Positions 18,753 through 29,331 are shown, counted from the first letter of the stretch. The stretch is 64,000 nt of DNA from an uncultured Actinomycetota bacterium (GCA_963829525.1 CAWHIJ010000003.1:352001-416000); one strand, 5' to 3'. Program-made: numbers and translations. The notes: generated from the letters alone by a model not told the origin.

Positions 18753-18800
18753 GACTACGGATCAGAAGGTTGGGAGTTCGAATCTGTCCGGTCGCGCAAC
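18753..18800 (+). repeat. tRNA-Arg 3' fragment copy R2 (att-like)
   Basis: 42/44 identical to 16414-16457 and followed by the same CAAC as the intact tRNA. Confidence 0.93.
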
Positions 18801-19011
18801 ATTGCTGCAGGTCAGACGCACCGCGCCGCAGCCGACACCATCTCGACACCGGTGCAAGGGCACAGATACCTCGGTGAAGGAACTGTTTGACCGCCTCCGG
18901 GCATACGGGTTCTTTCCCCTGGTCCTGCTGGATGTTTTCGTTCTCGTCAAGGTCACCGACGATGGCGACCCAACGACTGCGTGCGCTGCTCACTGGGATG
19001 AATCTGACCGC

Positions 19012-19048
19012 ACCACGGATCAGGGGGGGGGGCTTTCGACTGCGTCCG
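19012..19048 (+). repeat. Degenerate tRNA-Arg 3' fragment copy R3
   Basis: Gapless 26/37 match to 16415-16451 (ACGGATCAG-N11-TTCGA...TCCG spacing preserved). Confidence 0.7.
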
Positions 19049-19124
19049 ACCTATGGATGGCTTTGGCCTCTACCACGCCTCGCATTAGGTCGCCACGATC
19101 GAATTGTCAGGGGGGGTGGATGTC

Positions 19125-19496
19125 ATGACAGCCCCAGTCAGCCAGCGTCCAGTGGTTCCCAAGTCGACGCAATCCGCGTGGCTTGTCCTCGCTGTTGGCA
19201 CGCTTGTTACGTTCTTCCTGGGCGTGGCCTCGCAGTTGGCCGTCTTCATCTCTCTCGGTCTCTGCCTGGACGAGGATCCGGACTTGTGCGATCCGGGCAC
19301 GTATCCCACGACGGCCGAGCATCTGCTCGCCACGATCCCGACCTACGCCCTGTGGGTGGCGCCGGCACTCGTCGCGGTGTTCATGGGATACCGGATCGTG
19401 AAGTCCGGGAACGTTGCCGGGCGCACCGTGATGGTCACCGCGGGTGTCGTTGCTGCTCTCGTGACGGTGGTCGCGACGCTCATGTGGTGGATTTGA
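19125..19496 (+). CDS. Hypothetical membrane protein (3 TM, Cys pair in loop)
   Basis: 123 aa, hydrophobic segments flanking CLDEDPDLC; fills the R3-R4 interval. Confidence 0.65.
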   Translation: MTAPVSQRPVVPKSTQSAWLVLAVGTLVTFFLGVASQLAVFISLGLCLDEDPDLCDPGTYPTTAEHLLATIPTYALWVAPALVAVFMGYRIVKSGNVAGRTVMVTAGVVAALVTVVATLMWWI

Positions 19497-19524
19497 TTTC
19501 ACGGGTGCAACTGGCTGGGAATTG

Positions 19525-19552
19525 GGGAGTTCGAATCTCTCCGGGCGCACCA
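19525..19552 (+). repeat. tRNA-Arg 3' fragment copy R4 (T-arm + acceptor)
   Basis: 24/24 match to 16433-16456, then ACCA. Confidence 0.9.
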
Positions 19553-19570
19553 CGTAACGTTCGCCTTAAG

Positions 19571-20146
19571 TCAATTTGGGCTGGGTAGCTCCCTCGGGGA
19601 GTACACGAGGCGCAGAACTCCCGTCGGGAAAGCTTGTGAGCTCACAAGGTCCATTGGGTAGATCGGCTCGCCGTCGTCGAACAGTCTCATACCGGTTCGC
19701 GCTGCAACGGGGTGCACCAGCAACCGTAGTTCGTCGAGCAGCTCCGCTGCGAGTAGTTGTCGCACTACCGAGATTGACCCCGCTACCAGGATCTTGTCCA
19801 TCGTCGCTTCGCGCTTCAGCGCCGTCACGGCTTCGATCAAGTCGCCGTGCACCGCGTGCACATTTCGCCAGCCAAGATCCTGGCCCCTATGTGTGGCAAC
19901 GAGTTTGGGGGTGTCTCCAAGCTGAGCGGCGAACGTCGAGTCCTCACCTCCGGCGGCCTCGCGCTCTGGCCAAGCACCGGCGAAGCTGTCGTAGGTGACT
20001 CGTCCCAGAAGGAGGAGGTCCACGTCTTCGTAGTCCTCGCTCACCGCTGCACCCATGTTTGCGTCGAAGTATGGGGAGTGCCAGACGGGGTCTACTTCCA
20101 CCACGCCGTCAAGCGCCATGAACAACGTGGAAACGATCTTGGTCAT
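19571..20146 (-). CDS. Dihydrofolate reductase / RibD C-terminal domain protein
   Basis: FMALDGVVE, LLLGRVTY, GSISVVRQLL..LLDEL.L.VHPV..G.RLF. Confidence 0.88.
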   Translation of the reverse strand: MTKIVSTLFMALDGVVEVDPVWHSPYFDANMGAAVSEDYEDVDLLLLGRVTYDSFAGAWPEREAAGGEDSTFAAQLGDTPKLVATHRGQDLGWRNVHAVHGDLIEAVTALKREATMDKILVAGSISVVRQLLAAELLDELRLLVHPVAARTGMRLFDDGEPIYPMDLVSSQAFPTGVLRLVYSPRELPSPN

Positions 20147-20317
20147 CTGTTCCCCCTGGACGTACCGAGGTGTGGAGTACCGGCCCCTCAGCAATGCCGA
20201 TGGTCACAGGGTCCATGGTGTGCGGTCAATGTCCTAGCCCAGCCACCTATGCCGGCACTTGCGTTCGGCGCCATTTTTCCCGGCGGCATGACGGTGCCTG
20301 GGTATCGCATCGGGCCG

Positions 20318-20366
20318 CCATTGTCGACAATGGGCTAGTGCTCACTGGCCAGCTGGACGACAATGG
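20318..20366. promoter_or_regulatory. 16-bp perfect palindrome plus half-site upstream of the PEP-mutase gene
   Basis: CCATTGTCGACAATGG at 20318-20333 and GACAATGG at 20359-20366. Confidence 0.5.
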
Positions 20367-20396
20367 CTCGGTGTCTCTCGCCAACGTGGAGGGCTC

Positions 20397-21212
20397 GTGA
20401 CAGCCAAATCTCCGATGAACAGGGCAGCTGCCCTCCTTGCTTTGCACACCGGCCCCGGCTTCGTGCTCCCCAATGCGTGGGACGCGGGATCCGCCCGCGT
20501 CCTCGAGCAGGTCGGCTTCCCCGCCATCGCCACCACCAGCGCCGGCATCGCCTGGTCGTGCGGAGTTCCGGACGGAGAAGCGCTGGACCGCGACACGATG
20601 CTTGACCACGTGGCGCGCATCGTGGCTGCGGTGGGTGTGCCCGTGACCGCGGACCTCGAAGCCGGGTACGGCGACACCGCGGACGCTGTCGGCATCACCG
20701 TTGCCCGGGCAGTCGAACTGGGTGCCGTTGGCGGCAACATTGAGGATTCCAGGGCTGGCGGACTGATCAGCATCGATGAGGCCGTCGACCGTCTTGCGGC
20801 CGCCCGGGCAGCCGGGCCCAGCGGCACCTTCGTGCTGAACGCCCGAACTGACACCTACTTCGTCGGTACGAGTGGTGACGCATTCGACGAGACCGTCGAA
20901 CGCGCAGTTAGGTACGTCGAAGCGGGCGCCGACTGCGTCTTCGTGCCCGGGGTCGTTGAAGAGGAGACGATCCGCCAACTCTCCGAGGCCATCCCCGGCC
21001 CGCTCAACGTGGTAGCCGGGCTTGCGAACCTCATCGATGCGCCGACACTCTTCTCGCTTGGCGTCAAACGGGTCAGCCTGGGCGGCAGTTTGGCACGCGC
21101 CACACTTAGCACGTTGGAGCGCGCCGGCCGCGAGCTGCTTGACTCCGGAACGCTCGACTTCCTCGACGGCGCGATCGGGTACGCCGATCTGCAGCGACGC
21201 TTTGGCTCGTGA
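20397..21212 (+). CDS. Isocitrate lyase / PEP mutase family protein
   Basis: LPNAWDAGSA, ATTSAG, ADLEAGYG, GGNIED, LNARTD, GADCVFVPG. Confidence 0.92.
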   Translation: MTAKSPMNRAAALLALHTGPGFVLPNAWDAGSARVLEQVGFPAIATTSAGIAWSCGVPDGEALDRDTMLDHVARIVAAVGVPVTADLEAGYGDTADAVGITVARAVELGAVGGNIEDSRAGGLISIDEAVDRLAAARAAGPSGTFVLNARTDTYFVGTSGDAFDETVERAVRYVEAGADCVFVPGVVEEETIRQLSEAIPGPLNVVAGLANLIDAPTLFSLGVKRVSLGGSLARATLSTLERAGRELLDSGTLDFLDGAIGYADLQRRFGS

Positions 21213-21219
21213 TCGAGGG

Positions 21220-22038
21220 ATGAAATCCTTCGACGTTCCACAGGCCCTGATCGAGGACTTCGCTGATGTAGGCGTTGTGTGCATCAGAAAAGTGCTGGAC
21301 GCGGACGAGGTGGCTGCCGCACGGGAGTCGATCGAGCGAGTCTTGGCCACTCCGAGTTCCCTCGCGCAAGTCGCGAGCGGAGCGGATGATCCTGGCTCAT
21401 TCTTCGAGGACTTCTGCCGGTGGGGTGACGTCACCGAGATCGAGGAGCTGGCTCGGCACTCAGCTGTGCCCCAGATCGCCGGTGAGTTGATGGCCACCGC
21501 TCAGGTGAGGTTCTACCACGACCATGTTCTGGTCAAGGAAGGAAGGACGCGTCAGCGGACGCCATGGCACCAAGACCAGCCCTACTACAACGTCGATGGG
21601 CGGGGTGTTAGTGCATGGATTCCGGTAGATCCGGTTCCGAAGTCGGGGTCCTTGGAGGTCGTGGCGGGTACACACCATGGGCCCTGGCTCATGCCTCGTA
21701 CGTTCTTGACGGGTGAGGCCAAGTGGTTCCCCGAAGGCTCACTGCTCGAGATACCCGATGTGGAGGCCAACCGCGAAGCGTTCGACATTCGTCGGTTCGA
21801 GATGCAGCCGGGGGACGGTATCTTCTTTGACTTCTTGTCCATGCATGGTGCCCCCGGCTTTCCCTTCAACGGACGGCGCCGGGTGCTGTCCTTGCGCTAC
21901 CTGTCCGAGGAGGCTCGCCATGCCCCTCGCCGCTGGCGCACGTCGCCTCCCTTCGACGGGCTCCAGGACGAACTGCCAGCTGGCGCCCTCCTGGATCACC
22001 CGCTGTTCCCCATTGTCTGGTCCCGGCCTACTCCTTGA
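21220..22038 (+). CDS. Phytanoyl-CoA dioxygenase (PhyH) family Fe(II)/2OG oxygenase
   Basis: TPWHQD, WIPVDPV, HGAPG..RR motifs. Confidence 0.88.
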   Translation: MKSFDVPQALIEDFADVGVVCIRKVLDADEVAAARESIERVLATPSSLAQVASGADDPGSFFEDFCRWGDVTEIEELARHSAVPQIAGELMATAQVRFYHDHVLVKEGRTRQRTPWHQDQPYYNVDGRGVSAWIPVDPVPKSGSLEVVAGTHHGPWLMPRTFLTGEAKWFPEGSLLEIPDVEANREAFDIRRFEMQPGDGIFFDFLSMHGAPGFPFNGRRRVLSLRYLSEEARHAPRRWRTSPPFDGLQDELPAGALLDHPLFPIVWSRPTP

Positions 22039-22119
22039 CATTTTTCGGCTCCGGCCGTGAGCGGTAAGGTCTGCACGCTGCCAGCGCCTGGCGGTTGAGC
22101 TTGAGACGGGGAAGGTGTC

Positions 22120-24382
22120 ATGGTGTCAGCGAGCGTGTGGAGGTCTTCGTGGCCTCCCATCGTGGTCACCAGCATCGCTGTGGCAGCGATCCTGGTGTTC
22201 AACGACACCTCCGTGACCGACCTGCTCCTCTTCGTCGCATACTGCGGCCTGATCGTTGCACCGCCTGGGATCTTCGTCTGGCGATCCCTGCTGCAGCAGA
22301 TCCGGGAAACTGGCAGGGGCGCGCCGACGTGGCTCGAAGACCTGTCCATGGGGACCATCGTCGGGTTTGGCCTCCAGCTCCCGGTGTACCTGGTCGGCCT
22401 CGTCATCGGTTTCCCGTATCTCGTGCTCGTGTTGCCAGTTGCCACACTCGGCGCCCTGTTGACGCCGTTCGGACGGCGCATCTGGTCGCTGCAAACAGAG
22501 CGGTTCGACTATCGCGGATCATGGGTGATCAGCGGCACGATCATTTACGCCGTCTATTGGCTAGCGAACCGCGTCTTCGTATCCAGCCCAATGAACCTCC
22601 CAGCGTCCCGGACGCCGCGTCTCGACGAGACTTTCCACCTTGCCCTGATGGGCGAGCTCAGCCACCAGTTCCCCCCACAGTTCCCCTACGTCGAGGGCAT
22701 CACTCTCGACTACCACTGGTTCGTGCATGCCCAGCTGGCAACGATGCGCTGGATCACCGGGATCGACGGCACGCTGCTCATCCGGCAACTGCTTCCCGTG
22801 ATGTTGGTGGTGCTGATCGTTACTGGGCTGGCATCAGTAGCCAAGAGACTCACCCGCCGAACAGCAGCCGCGGTAGTTGCGCCTGTGTTGCTTTTTGCTG
22901 CTGGCGGGTTCCAGCTTTACAGCACCGACTTCAGCATCCGAATCATCACCGAGCCGGTGATGTCGGCACGGTTCGTCTCCAGCCCGTCGCAGTCATACGG
23001 CGTCATGATGTCGCTGCCGGCCCTCCTGCTGATCATGGAGATCCTGCGGCCGAAGGACGCGAAACCATCCCCTCACCTGGGTCGCCCTTGCCCTCAGCCT
23101 TCTCGCGCTGTCAGGGTCGAAGGCCACGTTCATTCCGATCTTCTTGTGTGGCGCAATCGGCGTCGTGCTCTTTCGCCTACTGGTCGAGCGTCGAATCGAC
23201 CGCACCGCGTTGGCCCTCGGCACGATGCTCATCGCCACGGCGCTCTTTGCGCAGTTTGTGCTCTTCGGCGGCAACAGTGGCGCAATGGCCTTCAACCCCG
23301 GGAGGTCCGTCACCGAGGCTCTGCGCCGGCAGAGTATCGAAGCAACGACGCTCAGCCTTGTGCTCATGGCATTGGCGATGCTCATGGGCTGGTTGCTCTA
23401 CGGGGCTGGCGCTATCGGGCTGGTCAAACGGGCCAAGTGGCGTGATCCCAGAGCCCTGTGGATCTTGGCGGCGATCGCTGCCGCTCTTGCTGTACCTTTC
23501 CTGCTCTTCAGGACGGGTGCGATCCAGTACTGGTTCCAGCGCAGTGCGGCAGAGCTGATCGTGTTGCTGTCAGTCTGGGGCTTAGCCCTGCTGCTGCCCA
23601 AGCCGCTGACCCGGCAGATGGCGCTGCGCCTTTCCGGGGTCGCGGTTGCCTCTGGTCTCAGCGCGTATCTGATCACACTCTTCGTCGGCAGCAGCTACGG
23701 AAAGGACGGGACTGCCTCTCTTGCCGGCCTCATACTCGTTGTGTTCGTGCCGGTGGCCCTGACACTCGGATTCTTGATCATCCGGTTCGTCCAGCGCCGA
23801 CGGGGGAAGGCTCCCTTGCCGGTGCTCATGTTGGTGACGGTGCTGCTGGGGCTTGGATTGAACAATGTGTACATCCTTGCCGGCGACATTTTGCAGGGAG
23901 AGGAACCCGGGGGCAACAGTCAGCTCTTTCCCCCAGGCGGTGAGAATGCGGCTGCCTACATCCGGGCCAACTCCGATCCCGACGACGTCGTAGCCACGAA
24001 CATGCACTGCCTCTCGCCTGAGAATGTCCCAGGTGACGCTGCCTGCGACAACCGACACTTCTGGGCCAGCGCCTTCAGCGAACGGCGATTTGTCATCGAG
24101 GGCTGGGGTTACAACCCCGAGGCCTACGAAAACGCGACCGGAAGTGAAGGCCTCGGGGACATCAAGCCACCTAACCCCGAGCTCATCGCTCTCAACGATG
24201 CAGCTTTCAACTACCCAAGTGAGGAAACGATCGGTCGTCTCGTGGAAGACCACAGCGTGGACTGGCTGTTCGTCGGCAAGGACTGGCCAGTCGACCTGGC
24301 AGGCCTGGACGCGCTCCCCGACCTCGTGACGAAGAGGTACGAAAACGGCAACTATGTGGTGTACGAGGTGATCGACTCATGA
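22120..24382 (+). CDS. Large polytopic membrane protein, GT-C-like (frameshift near 23070)
   Basis: [19 protein letters not shown] loop, many TMs, C-terminal soluble domain ([17 protein letters not shown]); ORFs 22120 and 23144 join across TCCCCTC. Confidence 0.7.
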
Positions 24383-24414
24383 GTTCAGCCAGCAGCTCGG
24401 CATCGGCCAAGGAG

Positions 24415-25323
24415 ATGCGCGGAATCATCCTGGCGGGTGGCACCGGTTCGCGGCTCTACCCGATCACGCACGCCGTCAGCAAGCAGCTGATGCCCGTCTA
24501 TGACAAGCCAATGATCTACTATCCCCTCTCTACGCTCCTGCTTGCTGGCATCAGGGACATCCTCGTCATCACCACACCCCATGAGGCAGACGGTTTCGAG
24601 CGGTTGCTCGGCGATGGCAGCCAGTTTGGAATCAGCCTCACCTACGCCCAACAACCCGCGCCTGACGGCCTGGCGCAGGCATTCACGATCGGGGCTGACT
24701 TTGTCGGATCAGCCACCTCGGCGCTGGTCCTCGGAGACAACCTCTTCTACGGCCAGGGCTTGGGGCAACAGCTCGGCAGGTTCCACGACCTGAAAGGCGC
24801 GGCGATCTTCGCCTACTGGGTGGCCGATCCGCACGCCTACGGCGTCGTGGAGTTTGACGACACTGGCAAGGCGCTCTCCCTCGAGGAGAAGCCTGCTGAC
24901 CCACGAAGCAATTACGCTGTACCGGGGCTGTACTTCTACGACAACGACGTTATCGAAATCGCGCGCGGCCTCCAACCATCGGAGCGCGGCGAGTACGAGA
25001 TCACCGACGTCAACCGCGTCTATCTCGAGCGGGGTGACCTACAGGTCGTTGTGCTGCCTCGGGGCACTGCATGGCTCGACACCGGGACCTTCGAGTCACT
25101 CAATGATGCCAGCAACTTCATGCGGACCGTTGAGAGCCGGCAGGGGCTCCGCGTCGGCTCGCCCGAGGAGATCGCCTGGCGTCAGGGGTTCCTGTCCGAC
25201 GACGATCTTCGAACGCGTGCTGAGGCAATGCGCAAGAGCGGCTACGGCGAGTACTTGCTTCGGCTGCTTGAACACCCTGACCTGCCCACGATGCGGGCAA
25301 GGGCCGTACACAACGGTGGCTAA
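24415..25323 (+). CDS. rfbA: Glucose-1-phosphate thymidylyltransferase
   Basis: [41 protein letters not shown]. Confidence 0.95.
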   Translation: MRGIILAGGTGSRLYPITHAVSKQLMPVYDKPMIYYPLSTLLLAGIRDILVITTPHEADGFERLLGDGSQFGISLTYAQQPAPDGLAQAFTIGADFVGSATSALVLGDNLFYGQGLGQQLGRFHDLKGAAIFAYWVADPHAYGVVEFDDTGKALSLEEKPADPRSNYAVPGLYFYDNDVIEIARGLQPSERGEYEITDVNRVYLERGDLQVVVLPRGTAWLDTGTFESLNDASNFMRTVESRQGLRVGSPEEIAWRQGFLSDDDLRTRAEAMRKSGYGEYLLRLLEHPDLPTMRARAVHNGG

Positions 25324-26309
25324 CGGGCCAGGCGCGCCCGCTGCTTGAGCGGCATCCACCAGGCGGCGTTGTCGCGGTACCAGGTGACGGTGTCCTCAAG
25401 CCCCTTCGCGAAGTCGACCTGCGGCACGTAGCCGAGCTCGGCGGTGATCTTGTCGATCGCCACCGAGTAGCGAAGGTCGTGGCCCTTACGGTCCTCGACG
25501 TAGCGGACGCTGCTCCAGTCGGCCCCACACGCCTCCAGTAATCGCGCGGTGAGCTCCTTGTTGCTCATCTCGGTGCCCCCGCCGATGTTGTAGACCTCAC
25601 CACTGCGGCCACCCTGGAGGACGAGGTGGATGCCTCGGCAGTGGTCGTCGACATGAAGCCAGTCGCGGATGTTGGCGCCCTCGCCGTACAACGGAACGGT
25701 GCCGCCGGTGATGAGGTTGGTGACGAAGAGTGGGATGACCTTCTCAGGGAACTGGTACGCCCCATAGTTGTTGGAGCAGCGGGTGATGCTGACGGGCAGT
25801 CCGTGCGTGCGGAAGTATGAGCGGGCGAGCAGATCACTCGAGGCCTTGGACGCGGAGTAGGGAGAATTGGGTTCGAGTGGGTGCTCCTCGTCCCAGCTGC
25901 CCGATTCGATCGATCCGTAGACCTCATCGGTGGAGACGTGCACGAACTTGTCGATCCCGTGGTGAAGCGCCGAGTCGAGGAGTGTCTGTGTACCGACCAC
26001 GTTTGTCATGACGAAGTCGGCAGCACCGAGGATAGATCGATCGACATGGCTCTCGGCGGCAAAGTGCACGACGGCGTCAACTGTCGGCATTAGGTCGTCG
26101 ACGAGTGGGCGATCGAGAATGTCGCCCTCGACAAACGTTAGGCGAGAGTCGTCAATCACCGGGCCGAGGTTGGCCAGGTTTCCCGCGTAGGTGAGTTTGT
26201 CGAGCACGGTTACGTGATCCGGGGTCGTCAGGCCCCAGGCATCGCCTAACAGAGTGCGGATGTAGTGGCTGCCGATGAAGCCGGCGCCACCGGTCACAAG
26301 AAGCCTCAT
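25320..26309 (-). CDS. rfbB: dTDP-glucose 4,6-dehydratase
   Basis: [47 protein letters not shown]. Confidence 0.95.
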   Translation of the reverse strand: MRLLVTGGAGFIGSHYIRTLLGDAWGLTTPDHVTVLDKLTYAGNLANLGPVIDDSRLTFVEGDILDRPLVDDLMPTVDAVVHFAAESHVDRSILGAADFVMTNVVGTQTLLDSALHHGIDKFVHVSTDEVYGSIESGSWDEEHPLEPNSPYSASKASSDLLARSYFRTHGLPVSITRCSNNYGAYQFPEKVIPLFVTNLITGGTVPLYGEGANIRDWLHVDDHCRGIHLVLQGGRSGEVYNIGGGTEMSNKELTARLLEACGADWSSVRYVEDRKGHDLRYSVAIDKITAELGYVPQVDFAKGLEDTVTWYRDNAAWWMPLKQRARLAR

Positions 26310-26320
26310 AGAGATCCTTC

Positions 26321-27472
26321 TTAGCTGTGGGCCGAGAGGGCTGCGGTGAAGGAGCCAACCACGCGGTCCTGATCGTCGTTGGTGAGGTTGTTGTAAAACG
26401 GGAGTCGGAGCAGGCGACCGCTGATGTCTTCGCTTACGGGGCACTCGGTCGCGCGAGCGGCGAACCGGCGTCCGGCGTCAGAGCTGTGTAGGGGGACGTA
26501 GTGGAACGTCGGTGAGATTCCATGGGCACGCATCGCAGCCAGCACTGAGTCGCGCGTGGACCGGTCGGGAAGCAGCACATAGAACATGTGGTACGCGGGA
26601 TCGCAATGGTCGGGAATCACTGGCACGCGTAGCCCGTAGAGGTCAGCGAGGGGGTTCAGTGCCTCGACATAGCGGTCGAAGACGGCTTTGCGCTTACCCT
26701 GGATCACGGAGTACTGCTCGAGCTGCGCAACGAGGTAGGCGGCAAGGGCGTCCGACATGCCGAAGGAGGACCCGGTGTCCTTCCAGCTGTACTTGTCGAC
26801 CTGACCGAGGAAGAAGGCGCGACGGTTCGTTCCCTTGTCGTAGAGGACCCGCGCCCTGTCGACGTCTGCGGCGTCGTTGAGCAGCAGTGCGCCACCCTCG
26901 CCACACACGAAGTTCTTTGTTTCGTGGAAGCTGAGAGAGGCCATGCGACCAAGATGGCCGAGCGGTTCGCCGCGCCACCGACCGAAGAGACCGTGCGCGT
27001 TGTCTTCGATCACCGCGACATCCTGCCGATCTGCGAGCGCCTCGTTGAGACCGTCCATATCGCACGCCACGCCGGCATAGTGAACGGGGATGACCGCGCG
27101 CACTGAGTCGTCGAGCAGGTCGGCCACATGTTTGGTGTCCAGCCCGAGCGTGGTTGGTTCGATGTCGCAGAACAGGACACGCGCCCCCTGGCGGACGAAC
27201 GCGAGCGCGGTCGAGGTGAAGGTATATGAGGGAACGATCACGGTGTCTCCGGGCTGCAGGTCGAGGAGCATGCCCGACAGTTCGAGAGCAGCAGTGCACG
27301 AGGTGGTGAGGAGCACCTCCTCTGCACCGGTTGCGGTCGCGAGCATGGCCGCCGCCCGCTTGGAAAATGGTCCACCGGACGAGGTGTGGCCACTTTCGAC
27401 CGCCTGCCGGATGTACTCCAGCTCGTTGCCTTCCAGCGCAGGCCGATTGAACGGGATCGTGGGGGTGGTCAC
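26321..27472 (-). CDS. rffA: dTDP-4-amino-4,6-dideoxygalactose transaminase (WecE/RffA)
   Basis: IPFNRP, TSCTAALE, SFHETKN..GEGG, KGTNR..F..GQVDKYSW, FHYVPLHSS. Confidence 0.88.
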   Translation of the reverse strand: MTTPTIPFNRPALEGNELEYIRQAVESGHTSSGGPFSKRAAAMLATATGAEEVLLTTSCTAALELSGMLLDLQPGDTVIVPSYTFTSTALAFVRQGARVLFCDIEPTTLGLDTKHVADLLDDSVRAVIPVHYAGVACDMDGLNEALADRQDVAVIEDNAHGLFGRWRGEPLGHLGRMASLSFHETKNFVCGEGGALLLNDAADVDRARVLYDKGTNRRAFFLGQVDKYSWKDTGSSFGMSDALAAYLVAQLEQYSVIQGKRKAVFDRYVEALNPLADLYGLRVPVIPDHCDPAYHMFYVLLPDRSTRDSVLAAMRAHGISPTFHYVPLHSSDAGRRFAARATECPVSEDISGRLLRLPFYNNLTNDDQDRVVGSFTAALSAHS

Positions 27473-27531
27473 TGCGGTTGGTCCTCACTCTGGCGGAGCC
27501 ACACGTGTCGGTTGAGTCTACCGGGGTGCTG

Positions 27532-28278
27532 TCATCGGCCAGCCCATGGCAGCGGACGACCCACGAGTGCTGTCAGACGTTCGTCGCTTTCGCGGAAGAA
27601 TCGGCGCAAGCGGAGCACAAGATCAGCCGGTAGCTCTGGCGTGGCCCCGTCGCTGGCGTTGACTCGTCTGCCGGGATCGACGGGTCGGAACGACGGATCG
27701 ACGCCGACCGCTCGGTACAAGCGCTCACGCGAGGCGCCCGAACCGGGATCGTCCTCGAGGAACTGGATGTGCAGAGTTTCGGGGAATGCGGAGTGCCACG
27801 GTTCGAGGTAGTCGCAATACCGGCCCCGCTCGAGGTAGGCAAACGGCGAGACAGACGTAACCGTGGGGTCCCATGTGCGCGGCCCCGCCAGGTTCTCGGT
27901 GAGCGCCTGCACGAGTGACCGATCCTCTGCCCCGTGCTTGGTGCTGAAGCGCCAGTTGGAGACGGCGCGCGCCACCGGGTCGCGTAACTGGACGATGATC
28001 ATCGCGACACCGAGCATTGCTGCGGCCCGCCGAGGTGCATCGGGGTCCTCGATGTAGCTGGTGCTCTTCTCGCCATAGACAAGCTCGTCCGTGGCATGCC
28101 CGAAGTACGTCGAGTGGTACCAGTCGACCCCTCGTTCGCTGAGCTCATCAGACAAGAACACTTTGGGCTCTGGGCGACGCGGCCTGGCCATCGTGATCTC
28201 AGGATGGTCGTCCAGCAGCTCGTAGAGAAGTGTGGTACCGCACCTCTGACCCCCTATGACGAGGAGATGACGAGTCAC
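27532..28278 (-). CDS. Sulfotransferase (PAPS-dependent)
   Basis: IGGQRCGTT 5'-PSB loop, GEKSTSY, LRDPVARAVS 3'-PB motif; GTG 28278 overlaps the GT2 stop. Confidence 0.85.
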   Translation of the reverse strand: MTRHLLVIGGQRCGTTLLYELLDDHPEITMARPRRPEPKVFLSDELSERGVDWYHSTYFGHATDELVYGEKSTSYIEDPDAPRRAAAMLGVAMIIVQLRDPVARAVSNWRFSTKHGAEDRSLVQALTENLAGPRTWDPTVTSVSPFAYLERGRYCDYLEPWHSAFPETLHIQFLEDDPGSGASRERLYRAVGVDPSFRPVDPGRRVNASDGATPELPADLVLRLRRFFRESDERLTALVGRPLPWAGR

Positions 28279-29273
28279 GGACCAATGCGATCTACGACGT
28301 GATACGAATCTGTGCTCGACACGGTGTTCAGTGTGCGCACAATGTACTCGCCGAGCATCGACAGCAGCATGATCGTGACGCCGTTGAAAGTGGCGGTGAG
28401 CACCACCAGCGTCGTCCATCCCGGCACCCGTGTGCCCTTGATCCAGCCTGAGACCAGGTAGAAAGCACCGAGGATGAAGCTGAGCGACGCGACGATGAAG
28501 CCGATTGCGGCGGCCACTCGCAGCGGAAAGACCGAATAGCTGAAGAGGATGGTCAGTACCAGACGAACGATGCGGAAGGTGCTGTAGGTGCTCTTACCAA
28601 CGGTGCGCTGGTCGTGGCGAACCTTAACGTGCACTGCGCTGTGCGAGTACAGCAACGACTGGCCGGTGATGTAGGGGTAGGAGGTCCGCGATGCGCAAAT
28701 CCGCTCGACCACGTCTCGCCTGATGATGCGGAAGTTCGAAACGATGAGCTCGGGTGGCTGCCCGAAGACGCGACGGTTGATCTGCCCGATCAGCTTGCTG
28801 CCGAGTCTGCGATAGCTGGTCGCCTGCTTGGTCTCGAACTCCCCGAAGACAACGTCGTGGCCCTCCATGGCCTTGGCGATCAGGATCTGCACCTGATCAG
28901 GCGGATTCTGCAGGTCGTCATCCATGGTGATTACGTAGTCACCTGTTGATTCACGAAGCCCGGCGAGGTTTGCGTTGTGCTGACCGTAGTTCTTGAGCAG
29001 CTTCAGCGCGATGACATGCCGGTTAGCCCGAGCCTTTGCTGCGATGACGTCCCAGCTGTTGTCAGGGCTGCCATCGTTGACAAGGATTAGCTCGTACGAC
29101 AGTCCCTGGGCTTCAAACGTCTCCACGATCTTGTCGACTGTGTCGCCCACGACTCCGGCGCTGTTGTAGACCGGCACCACGACAGAGAACGTGAAGTTAT
29201 GCGGGTCGAGCGGAGGGTTGGGAGCCGCTGGACCACCGTCAGGCAAGGATTTGTGGCTGTCTGACATATCCAT
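28275..29273 (-). CDS. GT2 polyprenol-phosphate glycosyltransferase (GtrB/ArnC-like)
   Basis: VVVPVYN, VNDGSPD, NYGQ..A..AG, MDDDLQNPP, two C-terminal TMs. Confidence 0.88.
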   Translation of the reverse strand: MDMSDSHKSLPDGGPAAPNPPLDPHNFTFSVVVPVYNSAGVVGDTVDKIVETFEAQGLSYELILVNDGSPDNSWDVIAAKARANRHVIALKLLKNYGQHNANLAGLRESTGDYVITMDDDLQNPPDQVQILIAKAMEGHDVVFGEFETKQATSYRRLGSKLIGQINRRVFGQPPELIVSNFRIIRRDVVERICASRTSYPYITGQSLLYSHSAVHVKVRHDQRTVGKSTYSTFRIVRLVLTILFSYSVFPLRVAAAIGFIVASLSFILGAFYLVSGWIKGTRVPGWTTLVVLTATFNGVTIMLLSMLGEYIVRTLNTVSSTDSYHVVDRIGP

Positions 29274-29331
29274 TCCGTGCGTGAGCGGCGACTGGATCGG
29301 GGCAACCCTATCGGACGCTAGGTTGGCCTTC

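Noticed and set aside
16414-19552. CRISPR array interpretation of the repeated 44-mers
   Set aside because: Repeats are tRNA-derived, spacers are 0.2-1.2 kb and gene-containing, and no cas genes are present
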